From NCBI GenBank assembly GCA_001816585.1, contig MHCJ01000003.1:426971-490970 (forward strand): 64,000 nt of DNA. Reading direction: 5' to 3'. The DNA is from Candidatus Chisholmbacteria bacterium RIFCSPHIGHO2_01_FULL_52_32 (lineage in GTDB: Bacteria; Patescibacteriota; Microgenomatia; UBA1400; Chisholmbacteraceae). Positions 63,118 to 64,000 of the stretch are shown here, piece by piece (position 1 is the first letter of the stretch; every line of letters begins with the position of its first letter). The position numbers were made by a program, and so were the translations under genes. The notes beneath the pieces are model-generated. The model made no database searches and had not been told where the DNA came from. It worked only from the letters and a program-made list of their open reading frames with translations.

Positions 63118-63861
63118 ATGGCTATGCGAGCGGATCTTTTCCCTGAGATGTATCGGCTTGAGGAAACCTATTGGTGGCACGTTGCGAAACGGCGGCTTGT
63201 CCTTACGCTCCTTACCCCTTTTCTTCGCAACCATGCTCCTGGCGCTTTTCTTGATGTCGGTTGCGGAACGGGGATGATGCTTAAGGATCTCTCAGCTCTC
63301 GGGCGGGTGGTTGGGATTGACGGAACCATGGACGCTCTGCGGTATTCCCGTCAACGGGGAGCGTCCTGTGTCATCCTTGCTGATTGTTCGCGCCCCTTCC
63401 CCATTCGTTCGTCAGCTATCCATGTGGTGACGATGCTCGATGTTTTGGAGCATCTCGATGATGACGATCTGCCCATTTCCGAAATTCATCGCCTCTTGCG
63501 TCCGTCCGGAATGTTTGTACTTACCGTTCCGGCCTATCCTTTTCTTTGGACGTACTGGGATGAAATTCTCGGACACAAACGGCGTTATCGAAGAAGTGCT
63601 CTGGTCAAAAAACTTGAGCGCAATGGATTCTCCGTTCTCCGACATTCCTACTTCTATTCATATCTTCTGCCTGTGGCTATTCTCTTTCGCGTCACCAAAT
63701 CACTTCTTGGGGTCAACGTGAAGATGCGCTCCGACTTCATTGCTCTCCCACGATGGCTGAACCGCTTCCTGCTTTCTATGTCTTATCTTGAGCAGTACGC
63801 TACGCGTTTTGTGCGAATTCCTGCGGGACTTTCGGTCATCTGCGTCTGCAAGAAGATTTAG
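63118..63861 (+). CDS. Class I SAM-dependent methyltransferase
   Basis: E.TYWW...R, LDVGCGTG, LDVLEH, LTVPA..FLW..WD...H.RRY. Confidence 0.92.
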   Translation: MAMRADLFPEMYRLEETYWWHVAKRRLVLTLLTPFLRNHAPGAFLDVGCGTGMMLKDLSALGRVVGIDGTMDALRYSRQRGASCVILADCSRPFPIRSSAIHVVTMLDVLEHLDDDDLPISEIHRLLRPSGMFVLTVPAYPFLWTYWDEILGHKRRYRRSALVKKLERNGFSVLRHSYFYSYLLPVAILFRVTKSLLGVNVKMRSDFIALPRWLNRFLLSMSYLEQYATRFVRIPAGLSVICVCKKI

Positions 63862-64000
63862 GGCAAGTGGTACTTTCCTAAAAGGTCATTGAAGCGAATC
63901 CGGACAAGCCCAATGAATGACGTCAGTGTGTCCTTGAGAAGGGAGACTTTCGTATTGGGGTTGTCCTGCCAGACGACCGGGACTTCCCGAATTCTTGCCC
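63858..64000 (-). CDS. 3' end of an ALG5-like dolichyl/polyprenyl-phosphate glucosyltransferase (GT2), truncated by the window edge
   Basis: Manual translation ...ARIREVPVVWQDNPNTKVSLLKDTLTSFIGLVRIRFNDLLGKYHLP* matches the EVPVxW...KV...D...L.RIR....G.Y C-terminus. Confidence 0.75.
   Translation of the reverse strand, partial: ARIREVPVVWQDNPNTKVSLLKDTLTSFIGLVRIRFNDLLGKYHLP

Noticed and set aside
5166-63234. Long N-terminal extensions in the ORF track (5166, 17528, 44890, 54079, 63234, 1715)
   Set aside because: They overlap neighbouring genes or promoter boxes, and family motifs begin at downstream Met codons.
1-64000. Alternative genetic code (TGA readthrough), tRNA/rRNA genes, IS elements
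   Set aside because: TGA is used as a stop in many ATGA/GTGA couplings, genes are full length under code 11, and I saw no RNA-gene or transposase signatures.

Overview
The whole 64 kb is one very large surface-glycosylation locus of about 60 genes. I found no housekeeping genes, RNA genes, CRISPR or transposases. It contains about 15 polytopic GT-C-type membrane glycosyltransferases (ArnT/PMT-, PIG-V-, MptA/B- and YfhO-like), four DPM/ALG5-like polyprenol-phosphate-sugar synthases (one paired with a GacJ-like DUF2304 protein), many GT4 and GT2 enzymes, and nine SAM methyltransferase domains. It also has an unannotated Trm112-family protein and nucleotide-sugar enzymes (wecB, wecD, wecE, rfbC, rfbE-like, DegT family). 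The first ~22 kb is a mosaic of cassettes on alternating strands; 22-63 kb is one long minus-strand run. Gene content, compactness and bare extended -10 promoters suggest a Patescibacteria/CPR (Microgenomates-like) genome, but that is inference. The most unusual signals: (1) 7-8 nt-period tandem repeats with unrelated unit sequences, several in frame at the same loop of paralogous glycosyltransferases; (2) a 105/107 bp identical patch between two diverged GT-C paralogs; (3) a stand-alone mini-gene matching the loop that its upstream GT-C neighbour lacks; (4) a 22-codon epimerase stub abutting a heptamer array.
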